Shown here in pieces: positions 41,135 through 50,623 of a DNA stretch of 64,000 nt. Under the pieces are notes generated by a model, which was not told the DNA's origin, made no database searches, and saw only the letters and a list, made by a program, of their open reading frames with translations. This stretch comes from Mobula hypostoma. Its lineage: Eukaryota. A program made the position numbers and the translations under genes. Each line of letters begins with the position of its first letter. Positions within the stretch are counted from its first letter, which is position 1. The stretch lies in the NCBI RefSeq assembly GCF_963921235.1, contig NC_086108.1, forward strand, positions 73,224,001-73,288,000, in the 5' to 3' direction.

Positions 41135-41285
41135 TATATGATTTGCACAGCTTCCTGCAGTCCCAAAACACTTCACAGTCAATGAGATACTTTTGAAGTC
41201 TAGTGATCATTGTAACATGGGAAAAGCTGCAGCCAATCTATGCACAGCAAGCTCTCACAAACAACAATGTGATAATGACCAAATA
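41135..41285 (-). mobile_element. DeuSINE (SacSINE1/AmnSINE1-like) remnant
   Basis: cccaaaacacttcacagtcaatgagatacttttgaagt...gcagccaatctatgcacagcaagctctcacaaacaacaatgtgataatgacca resembles the AmnSINE1/SacSINE1 consensus as I recall it. Confidence 0.6.
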
Positions 41286-41514
41286 TTCTCAAGAATTTCA
41301 TCCCCAGTCAGCAGCACTACACACATCAGATATTCCCATCAGCAGGCTGTACTCTCACTCGAAAATTCATAATGTTGAAATCAATAAATCAAGTTTCAGA
41401 GGAAAAATATTTTGAACTCTGCAACACAAAAGCCTGTTTCCTGTCCTAGGGTAAATTTCACTGCAATTGACTGAGGAGTAATCATTGATAGGGACAGCTC
41501 CCCACATCTTAAAA

Positions 41515-42680
41515 TCACAGAGGTATAGAGCTGTACAGCGTAGAAAGAGGCCTTTCAACCTACTCCATCTATGCAGAACATCATGTCTTGCTTGCATTAA
41601 TTTTATACGGCGTTGTGCCCTGCTCATTCAAATACCTGTCAAGATGGTTGTTGTTCCTTTTCGCGCCTTGTGGAAGCATTTTTGCCATTTCCTTAGCATT
41701 TCTCTGTTTTTTTTACGTGGCCAAGTTGCTAGCTCAACATTCAACCCAGCATGGAATGGAAAGTGTGCAAGGGGCCAGCTGGATTCGAACCCTAGACCAT
41801 TCACCCCAAAGTCTGGTGCTAATGCCACTATACCGGCTGGCTACCTGTCAAGATGCCTCACAAGTATTGTTATTGTTTCTGCCTCCACCACTCCTCTGGT
41901 AGTTAATACAAAGTACACTTAGTATGAACAATTTATCACCTTTAAACCTCCTCCCTCTCACCTTAAACCTATGCCCCCTGGTTTCAGATACCCTTACTAT
42001 GGGAAAAGGATTCAGATTCAGATTTATTTATCACATGTACATGGAAACATACAGTGAAATGCATTGTTTGCGTCAACAACTAGCACACCAAGAGATGTGC
42101 TGAGGGCAGCCCTCAAATGGACACTGACCACCTGTCCTACCTATGCCTCTCATAATCTTCTGTAACTTTATTGTGTTCCCTCTCAGTCTCTTTCACTCCA
42201 GACAAAAGAAACCCAGCCTATCTAACTTCTCCTGATAACTCAAACCCTCTAATCCAGGTAAAATTCTTGTGCACATTTTTTGCACCATTTCCAGTTTAAC
42301 CACATTCTTCATATAGCGTGGTGACCAGGACTCCAAGTACAGCTTAACCAACATTTTGCACCATTGTAGCATTACATCCCAACTCTTATATTCAACACCT
42401 CAGTGACAAAGGCAAGTATACCACATGCCTTTCCCACCACCCTATCTACTCATGTTCAGATTTTCAGGGAACTATATGATCTCTCTGTTCAACAACACAT
42501 CCCAGGGCCTAGCTGTTCACTATGTATGTCCTTCCCTCATTTGACTTCCCAAAATGCATCACCCTGCATGTCAGAGTTAAATTCTATTTGCCATTTCTTG
42601 CCCATTTTCCCAACTGATTCATATTTTGTTGGAACTTTATACAACCCTCTTTATCACCAGTTTTGGTGCCAATTTGGATA
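41515..42680 (-). mobile_element. Old CR1-like 3' fragment with nested insertions
   Basis: Similar to the other CR1 3' ends. Interrupted at 41647-41841 and ~42010-42120. Confidence 0.6.
41647..41841 (-). mobile_element. tRNA-derived SINE (195 bp) with 14-bp TSD
   Basis: TSD TACCTGTCAAGATG at 41633-41646 and 41842-41855. Box B GGTTCGAATCC and an (AAC)n tail. Confidence 0.85.
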
Positions 42681-42849
42681 GCTGTGGAGCAGCAGGAGAG
42701 AAATCAATCTACACTGACAAGTCTGGCTGGGCTGTGTCAGCTAAGTACAGATTAATTTCCCCGATATCCCACCTCTATCCCTCCTCCTTTTGATGACTTT
42801 CATTATGACCATAGCCACAATGTAGAAACAAAAACTGCCACAAAAATCT

Positions 42850-43479
42850 GCTAAATCAAACATATAAGTTAAAACTTGTCAGATATTGGGCAAAATGTGT
42901 TCATGTTACAATGAGCCATAACCCCCACCAGCAGTTGCTGCATTATAAGCAGGTTCTGATGGCCTCTGCTAGAACTCTCTCGGAGTTGGCCGCTTCTTCA
43001 ATGCTGGAAGTACTGTACATGACTGGTGCTGGATTTCTCCAAGTTCCCTGCAAGCATTTTGATAGGCCTGCCAATCCACCAAGCATGTCGATGCACAAAA
43101 TCATCAAATTGTTCTGCAGCAACTCACACAAAATGCTGAAGGAACTCAGCAGGTCATGCAGTATCTATGGAAACAAACAAACAATTGATATTTTGGGCCA
43201 AGATCCTTCTTCAAGACTCTTCTGCAGGGTCATCTTAGTCCACAGCAAAGGAGCACATGTCTGACTGAACACTCCAGGGAGCTGGTACCTGTACTATCCT
43301 TTCTGTCTGCCTTGGCTTCAGGCCTTGTACTCACCGTTCACTGATTCTCCTCTTGAAAACCTCTAACTCATGTGCAGGTTAGTATCTACATTTCTTGGCT
43401 GAGAACATTATAGTGAGTGTTGCTGTGACTGTTTCTTCATTCTCCTTGCCCTCCTTGGACAAATACTGGGTCTTAGGAT
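42850..43479 (-). pseudogene. Candidate decayed exon interrupted by a 100-bp insertion
   Basis: Pyrimidine tract with a non-AG (GG) acceptor at 43479. Phase-1 frame DPKTQYLSKEGKENEETV..DDPAE|QFDDFVHRHAWWIGRPIKMLAGNLEKSSTS continues once the insert is removed, with 4 stops in ~170 codons. Confidence 0.35.
43120..43219 (-). mobile_element. Solitary Penelope pLTR tail with 8-bp TSD
   Basis: TSD TTCTGCAG at 43112-43119 and 43220-43227. Sequence matches ~39528-39630. Confidence 0.75.
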
Positions 43480-46165
43480 CCAAAAAGGAGAAAGGCACAC
43501 AGGAAGTGGATGTGGTGTAATGACTAAGGGGCAGAAGAAAGAGCTTGAAAGTTAGAGGAGATAATTAGAAGATAGAACCTAAGCTGTGAGAAATCAGTGT
43601 ATAGACTACACTATTGTCAAGAATTGACCTTTCAGTTGTAAAGTTGGACTTAGCTGATTTTCATGCAGCGTCTTTTTCTACCATTGCATGCATAGATCAC
43701 TGATCTTGGTTAGAGCCACTACAGTTAAAGCTGATCCCTTCTATACCATGCAGTTTTAGTTATGCTTTTGCAACTACACCTCCTGTTCTCCAGTTACTAG
43801 CTGCTGCTGCTGCCTCTCATTACACACCCCCTTTTCCTGCAAAACAGATAAAGGTGAGTTAGGTACTGTTTTTTTCTTTGGGTCCTGTTATAGTCATGGT
43901 TGAAAATCGACAGGGTGAATTGGGAGTGAGTCTTGCAGTAATGTTAAATATCTGAGTGAGAAGTGAACCAGACAGTGTTAGATGTGAATGCTAATCAATA
44001 GAGATTAATGTTAGGGGAGTGCTGAGAGTGTAGTGCTTAGAAATATAAAAAGGCTAATGCTGAGGGATATGCCTTTGAAGATTGCATTTATTAAGCTCAA
44101 GCATGCTCATGAGATCACTGGACTTTGTGGCGCTGCACTTGAGTTACTGAGGGTTGACCTAGTTTATAGAATGTTGGACATTGAATAGTATAGCACAGTA
44201 CAGGTCCTTTGGCCCACAATGTTGTGCTGACCTTTCACCCTTCTCTAAGATCAATCTAATTCCTCCCTCCAACAGAGCCCTTTAATTTTGTTTTCATCCA
44301 TGTGCCTATCTAAGAGTTTTTTAAATGTCAATAGACAATAGGTGCAGGATTAGGCCATTTGGCCCTTTGAGCCAACACCACCATTCACTGTGATCATGGC
44401 TGATCATCCACAATCAGTAGCCCGTCCCTGCCTTCTCCTCATATCCCTTGACTCCGCTATCATTAAGAGCTCTATCTAACTCTTTCTTGAAAGCATCCAG
44501 AGAATTGGCCTCCACTGCCTTCTGAGGTAGAGCATTCCACAGATCCACAACTCTCTGGGTGAAAAAGTTTTTCCTCAACTCCGTTCTACATGGCTTACCT
44601 TTTATTCTCAAATTGTGGCCTCTGGTTCTGGACTCCCCCAACATCGGGAACATGTTTCCTGCCTCTAGTGTGTCCAATCCCTTAATAATCTTATATGCTT
44701 CAATTCAGATCCCCTCTCATCCTTCTAAATTCCAATGTATACAAGCCCAGTCACTCCAATCTTTCAACATATGACAGCCCCGCCATCCCGGGAATTAACC
44801 TCGTGAACATCCGCTGCACTCCCTCAATAACAAGAATGTCCTTCCTCAAATTTGGAGACCATAACTGTACACAATACTCCAGGTGTGGTCTCACCATGGC
44901 CCTGTACAACTGCAGAAGGACCTCTTTGCTCCTATACTCAACTCCCCTTGTTATGAAGGCCAGCATGCCATTAGCTTTCTTCACTGCCTACTGTACCTGC
45001 ATGCTTACTTTCAGTGACTGATGAACAAGGACACCAAGATCTCGTTTTACTTCCCCTTTTCCTAACTTGACACCATTCAAATAGTAATCTACCTTCCTGT
45101 TCTTGACACCAAAGTGGATAACCTCACATTTAACCACATTAAACTGCATCTGCCCACTCACCCAACCTGTCCAAGTCATCCTGCATTATCTCAATATCCT
45201 CCGCACATTTCACACTGCCACCCAGCTTTGTGTAATCTGCAAATTTGATAATGTTACTTTTAATCCCTTCATCTAAGTCATTAATGTATATTGTAAATAG
45301 CTGCGGTCCCAGCACTGAGCCTTGCGGTACCCCACCAGTCACCGCCTGACATTCTGAAAGGGACCCGTTGATCCCTACTCTTTGTTTCCTGTCTGCCAAC
45401 CAATTTACGATCCATGTCAGTACCCTACCCCCAATACCATGTGCTCTAATTTTGCCCACTAATCTCCTATGCGGGAACTTATCAAAGGCTTTCTGAAAGT
45501 TCAGGTACACTAAATCCACTGGCTTTCTCATGTCCATTTTCATAGTTACATCCTCAAAAAATTCCAGAAGGTTAGTCAAGCATGATTTCCCCTTCATAAA
45601 TCCATGCTGACTCGGACCGATACTGTTACTGCATCCAAATGTGCCGCTATTTCATCTTTTATAATTGACTCCAGCATCTTCCCCACCACTGATGTCAGGC
45701 TAACTGGTCTATAATTCCCTGTTTTCTCTCTCCCTCCTTCCTTAAAAAGTGAGATAACATTAGCTACCCTCCAGTCCTCAGGAACTGATCCTGAATCTAT
45801 AGAACATTGGAAAATAATTACCAATGTGTCCATGATTTCTAGAGCCACCTCCTTAAGTGCCCTGGGGTGCAGACCATCAGGCCCTACGGATTTATCAGCC
45901 TCCAGTCCCATCAGTCTATCCAACACCATTTTCTGCCTAATGTGAATCTCCTTCAGTTCCTCCGTTACCCTAGGTCCTCCGGCCACTATTACATCTGGGA
46001 GATTGTTTGTGTCTTCCCTAGTGAAGACAGATCCAAAGTACCTGTTCAACTCGTCTGCCATTTCCTTGTTCCCCATAATAAATTCACCCGTTTCTGTCCT
46101 CAAGGGCCCAACTTTGGTCTCAACTAATTTTTTCCTCTTCACATACCTAAATAAGCTTTTACTGT

Positions 46166-46393
46166 TGAAGCACCTTCAATTACTCCAAAAGACTGAGGTT
46201 TGGTAAAATACCAAAAGGCTTTTATTCGCTGTACAATACGACCTCCACAGTGAGTGTCTGCCCCGGACTGAGGAGGAGGGGCAAGGTGAACACCTTTATA
46301 CAGGACTCTGTGGGAGGAGCCACAGGGGCAGTCAGCAGAGAGGTGTGTCCAGACAGGTAACCGAGTTACAACATATATACATGGTTTACCACA
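46166..46393 (-). repeat. 3' LTR (228 bp)
   Basis: 8 substitutions and 1 indel versus 50395-50623 by manual alignment. Confidence 0.95.
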
Positions 46394-46411
46394 TTCACCC
46401 CTCCTTTTTTT
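46394..46411 (-). other. Polypurine tract
   Basis: AAAAAAAGGAGGGGTGAA immediately before the 3' LTR on minus. Confidence 0.85.
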
Positions 46412-46461
46412 AAAAAGAGTCCCGCGGGGTGAAGTGACTGACAATATTACAAGAAGTATAT

Positions 46462-49179
46462 TTACAGGTTAAGTCTATCAGGCGGTCGAGTCCGTCGCTG
46501 TGATCTACGTAGCACCGGCGATGGCGGTTGTGCTGGCTCCGGCCTGACTTCAGATACCAGCACATTAGGCGTCGGTAATCCCTCGTGCATGTGCGTCGCG
46601 CCCGGTATGGGAGTGTCGTGTGGTGTCTGTATAGGGTTTGGGCTGCACGGTGTCTCGTAGGTACATACATTGGTGGGTACGGGGTCATTAGTCACCACGG
46701 AGTGTTCAGGGTAGGGGCCTGGATCTCCTGCGGGCGCCAGGTCACAGACGGAGACCGTGTCCTCCCACCAATCAGGTAAAACCACATAGGCATACTGGGG
46801 GTTCGCATGAAGTAAGTGAACCCTCTCGACCATCGGGGAGTATTTATTGCTCCTCGCATGTTTCCAGAGCAGCACTGGCCCCGGGGACATCAGCCAAGAT
46901 GGTAGGGTGGTTCCAGCGGTTGATTTTCTGGGAAAAGAAAAGAGCCGCTCATGAGGGGTGGCATTGGTGGCTGTGCATAACAGGGAGCGGATGGAGTGGA
47001 GTGCCTCGGGAAGGACCTCCTGCCAGCGGGAGACCGGCAGTCCCTTTAACCTGAGGGCTACGAGTGTGGCTTTCCACACTGTGCCATTCTCCTTCTCTAC
47101 CTGTCCATTCCCCTGGGGATTATAGCTCGTGGTCCTACTGGTTGCAATTCCCCTAGCCAGTAGATATTGGCGCAGCTCGTCACTCATAAACGAGGACCCT
47201 CTGTCACTGTGGATATAGCATGGGTATCCGAACAGAGTGAAGAGCTTGCGCAGGGCTTTTATAACTGACGTGGTAGTGGTGTCGGGGCAGGGGATGGCGA
47301 AGGGGAACCGCAAGTACTCGTCAATTACGTTAAGAAAGTACACATTGCGGTCGGAGGAGGGAAGGGGGTCCTTAAAGTCAACACTCAGTCGCTCAAAGGG
47401 GCGGGTGGCCTTGATGAGTGGTGCCTTTTCGGGTCGGTAGAAGTGCGGTTTGCATTCTGCGCAGACTTGGCAGTCCCTGGTCATCATCCTGATCTCCTCA
47501 AGGGAGTAAGGCAGGTTCCGGGCTTTCACGAAGTGGAAAAGCCGGGTGACTCCCGGGTGGCAAAGGTCTACATGTAGGGCGTATAGCCGTTCAATCTGCG
47601 CGCTGGCGCATGTTCCCCGGGATAGGGCATCGGAGGGCTCGTTGAACTTCCCAGGCCTGTACATGATGTCATAGTTGTAGGTGGAGAGTTCGATTCTCCA
47701 CCTCAGAATTTTATCATTTTTGATTTTGCTCCGCTGCTGATTATTAAACATGAATGTGACTGAGCGCTGGTCAGTTAGCAGTGTGAACCTTTTGCCGGTA
47801 AGATAGTGCCTCCAGTGCCTTATAGCTTCCACTATGGCCTGGGCCTCTTTCTCTACCGCAGAGTGCCGAATTTCAGGGCCTTGAAGGGTATGGGAGAAGA
47901 ACGCCACTGGTCTTCCTGCCTGGTTGAGGGTAGCAGCCAGCGCAAAGTCGGAGGCGTCACTCTCTACTTGGAAGGGAATGGCCTCATCCACCGCATCCAT
48001 TGCTGCTTTGGCAATGTCCCCTTTTATGCGGTTGAAGGCCGCGTGGGCCTCGGCAGAGAGGGGGAATGTGGTGGACATGACCAGGGGGCGGGCCTTGTCT
48101 GCATAGTTAGAGGCCCATTGGGCGTAATATGAAAAGAAGCCCAGGCACCTTTTGAGGGCTCTGAGGGTATTGGGAAGAGGGAGTTCCAACAAGGGGCGCA
48201 TACGGTCGGGGTCAGGGCCAATGACTCCATTTTCCACGACACACCCAAGGATAGCAAGTCGAGTGGTCCCAAATACACACTTGTCCTTGTTATAGGTGAG
48301 GTTGAAAGATTTGGCCGCTTGGAGAAATTTTTGGAGGTTGTTGTCGTGATCCTGCCGGTCGTGACTGCAGATGGTGATGTTATCCAGATATGGGAACGTG
48401 GCCTTCAGTTGGCACTGGTCCACCATCTGGTCCATTGCCCTCTGGAAGACAGATACACCATTCGTGACACCAAAGGGGACGCGCAGGAATTGATAAAGTC
48501 TGCCGTCCGCCTCGAGGGCAGTGTAAGGGCGGTCCTCCCGGCGGATGGGGAGCTGATGGTAAGCGGATTTTAGGTCTATGGTCGAGTACACCTTGTACTG
48601 TGCTATCTGATTGACCATATCCACGATGCGGGGTAGAGGGTACGCGTCGAGCTGCGTGAACCTGTTGATGGTCTGGCTACAGTCCACGACCATCCTATTC
48701 TTCTCCCCGTTCCGAACAACCACCACCTGCGCCTTCCAAGGACTTGTGCTTGCCTCAATGACCCCCTCCCTGAGCAGCTGCTGCACCTCCGACTTAATGA
48801 AGGCTCTGTCCCCCACGCTGTACCTCCTGCTTTTAGTTGCCACGGGTTTACAGTCAGGGGTCAGGTTGGCGAACAGCGGTGGGGGAGGGATCCTGAGGGT
48901 GGAGAGGCCGCAAGTGGTATCGGTAGTGCGGCAGTTAGCATGATGTTGGGTGGGATGCGCGGGTCTGTGTGTGTGTGTGGTCAGTAGCAGGGTACGTGAC
49001 ATATCTCTACAAAACAGGGGATTTATGACAGTAATTGGCGGGAGGGGCCCATCATACTCCATTGTCACGCTTTTCAGGTAGCTCTGGAAGTCCAACCCCA
49101 ACAGCACAGGGGCACACGGTTGAGGCAAGACCAGTAACGTAAAGTCCCGATATTCTGTGCCCTGCACCACTAGTATCAC
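46462..49179 (-). CDS. pol: Gypsy Pol (end of protease, RT, RNase H, integrase), 905-codon open frame
   Basis: RT: SPW, IDLKSAYHQL, PFG, YLDN. RNase H: ESDASD..EKEAQAI..TDQ. IN: H-x4-H..CQVC, HSDRGSSF, GNGQVEKENG. No chromodomain seen. Confidence 0.92.
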   Translation of the reverse strand: MILVVQGTEYRDFTLLVLPQPCAPVLLGLDFQSYLKSVTMEYDGPLPPITVINPLFCRDMSRTLLLTTHTHRPAHPTQHHANCRTTDTTCGLSTLRIPPPPLFANLTPDCKPVATKSRRYSVGDRAFIKSEVQQLLREGVIEASTSPWKAQVVVVRNGEKNRMVVDCSQTINRFTQLDAYPLPRIVDMVNQIAQYKVYSTIDLKSAYHQLPIRREDRPYTALEADGRLYQFLRVPFGVTNGVSVFQRAMDQMVDQCQLKATFPYLDNITICSHDRQDHDNNLQKFLQAAKSFNLTYNKDKCVFGTTRLAILGCVVENGVIGPDPDRMRPLLELPLPNTLRALKRCLGFFSYYAQWASNYADKARPLVMSTTFPLSAEAHAAFNRIKGDIAKAAMDAVDEAIPFQVESDASDFALAATLNQAGRPVAFFSHTLQGPEIRHSAVEKEAQAIVEAIRHWRHYLTGKRFTLLTDQRSVTFMFNNQQRSKIKNDKILRWRIELSTYNYDIMYRPGKFNEPSDALSRGTCASAQIERLYALHVDLCHPGVTRLFHFVKARNLPYSLEEIRMMTRDCQVCAECKPHFYRPEKAPLIKATRPFERLSVDFKDPLPSSDRNVYFLNVIDEYLRFPFAIPCPDTTTTSVIKALRKLFTLFGYPCYIHSDRGSSFMSDELRQYLLARGIATSRTTSYNPQGNGQVEKENGTVWKATLVALRLKGLPVSRWQEVLPEALHSIRSLLCTATNATPHERLFSFPRKSTAGTTLPSWLMSPGPVLLWKHARSNKYSPMVERVHLLHANPQYAYVVLPDWWEDTVSVCDLAPAGDPGPYPEHSVVTNDPVPTNVCTYETPCSPNPIQTPHDTPIPGATHMHEGLPTPNVLVSEVRPEPAQPPSPVLRRSQRRTRPPDRLNL

Positions 49180-50368
49180 TACACAACCCCCCCCGGATGT
49201 CTGTTGTATGCGACCTGGAGGCCATGGTGACCCTCCGACTTACCGGCTGTATCGTGAGTCCACAATGCTGCACCGTGGCCGGGTGGATAAAACTCTCCGT
49301 GCCGCCTGTGTCAAACAGGCAGCTTGTCCTGTGCCCCTCCACCAGGATGTCCATCATTGACCTTGCGAGCTGGTGGGGAGCGCTTTGGTCGAGGGTCACG
49401 GAAGCCAGGGTGGGGTCGCTGTCTTGGTCCGGCATGGTGGGGTGCCCCGAGAGCACCCGTTGGTCGTAGGCGGTGGGAGGTGGCGCCAACCAAGATGGCC
49501 GCCCCCATGTCTCGCATGTGGTGGTGGCGTGCAGGGAAGATGGCGGCCCCCATGTCTCGCACGTGGTGGCAGTGTGCCGGGAAGATGGCGACCCCCATGT
49601 CTCGCACGCGGCGCTGCTCGATCCCGCTCGCAGGTTTGGACTTACAGACCTTGGTGAAGTGGCCCTTCTTTCCGCAGCTGGAGCAGGTAGCTTGTCGGGC
49701 CGGACAGCGTTTCCGGGGGTGCTTCTCCAGTCCGCAGAAGTAGCACTTTGCGGACTCACGACTGGCTGCAGCCGAGGTCGATTCGCCAGCAGGTTGCGGG
49801 GTCTGCGGCGCCCACGAGGCCATTGGGGGATCGCATGCCTGGAGAGCCTCGGAGTTATGCAGAGCAGCCTCCAACGTATCAGCCAGCTCCATCGCCGAAC
49901 CAAGGGTAAGATCGGCTTTTTCCAGCAGCCGCTGGCGCACGTACACTGACCTGGTCCCCGTGACGAAGGCGTCCCTCACTAGGAGTTCTGCATGCTGCGC
50001 CGCCGTCAGCTCCTGGCAATTGCAGGCTCGCACGAGCGACCGTAGGGTCTGGACGAACTCAGCACTCGATTCCCCGGGGCGTTGTCGCCGTGTCGCTAAA
50101 CGGTGCCGAGCATAGACGCTGTTTATCGGCCGCAGGTATTGTCTTTTGAGTGCGTTCATTGCGCCGTCGTAGTTCGGCTGGTCTCTGATCAGCGAATAGA
50201 CCCGTGGACTGACCCTGGAGAGTAGAACTCTGCACTTCGCTACGGGGTCGGTGCTTTAATCTCCTCTAGATACGCTTTGAAGCAGGCCAGCCAGAGCTCG
50301 AAAGCGTTTCCAGCTTCAGGTGTTTGCGGATTGAGGTCTAATTTTTCTGGTCTCAGGGCCTGTTCCAT
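49180..50368 (-). pseudogene. gag: Gypsy gag-protease with about 3 frameshifts
   Basis: ATG at 50368 (MEQALRPEKLDLNPQTPEAG). Two CCHC knuckles (CYFCGLEKHPRKRC, CSSCGKKGHFTKVC) and protease LFDTGG. Frame changes near 50255, 49620 and 49190. Confidence 0.85.
49492..49610. repeat. 45-bp tandem repeat (~2.6 copies) between gag knuckles and protease
   Basis: Units start at 49492, 49537 and 49582 and encode CETWGxPS.. Confidence 0.9.
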
Positions 50369-50377
50369 GTTTTAAAA

Positions 50378-50393
50378 TGTACAGCGAATAAAA
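50378..50393 (-). promoter_or_regulatory. PBS-position sequence complementary to the element's own LTR (candidate self-priming site)
   Basis: TGTACAGCGAATAAAA (50378-50393) is the exact reverse complement of 50449-50464. No TGG start. Confidence 0.75.
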
Positions 50394-50394
50394 T

Positions 50395-50623
50395 TGAAGC
50401 ACCTTCAATTACTCCAAAAGACTGAGGTTTGGTAAAATACCGAAAGGCTTTTATTCGCTGTACAATACGACCTCCACAGTGAGTGTCTGCCCCCGGACTG
50501 AGGGGGAGGGGCAAGACAAACACCTTTATACAGGACTCTGTGGGAGGAGCCACAGGGGCAGTCAGCAGAGGGGTGTGTCCAGACAGGTAACCAAGTTACA
50601 ACATATATACATGGTTTACCACA
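50395..50623 (-). repeat. 5' LTR (229 bp)
   Basis: Minus strand TGTGGTAAAC...GCTTCA, with TATAAAA at 50524-50530 and AATAAA at 50450-50455. Confidence 0.95.

Larger units (their letters stand above)
46166..50623 (-). mobile_element. Ty3/Gypsy LTR retrotransposon (Mag-like), near complete
   Basis: Two TG...CA LTRs, 5-bp TSD ACTGT/ACTAT (46161-46165, 50624-50628), PPT, and gag-PR-RT-RH-IN order. Confidence 0.95.

Noticed and set aside
41770..41841. tRNA gene
   Set aside because: It is the head of a TSD-flanked SINE and does not form a full cloverleaf.
49186..49194. Programmed ribosomal frameshift at the poly-G run
   Set aside because: It falls within the protease region and other frameshifts are nearby. 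A homopolymer indel or sequencing error is simpler.
49197..49949. Several plus-strand ORFs inside the Gypsy as accessory genes
   Set aside because: GC-rich antisense frames over gag and the tandem repeat, with no recognisable domain.
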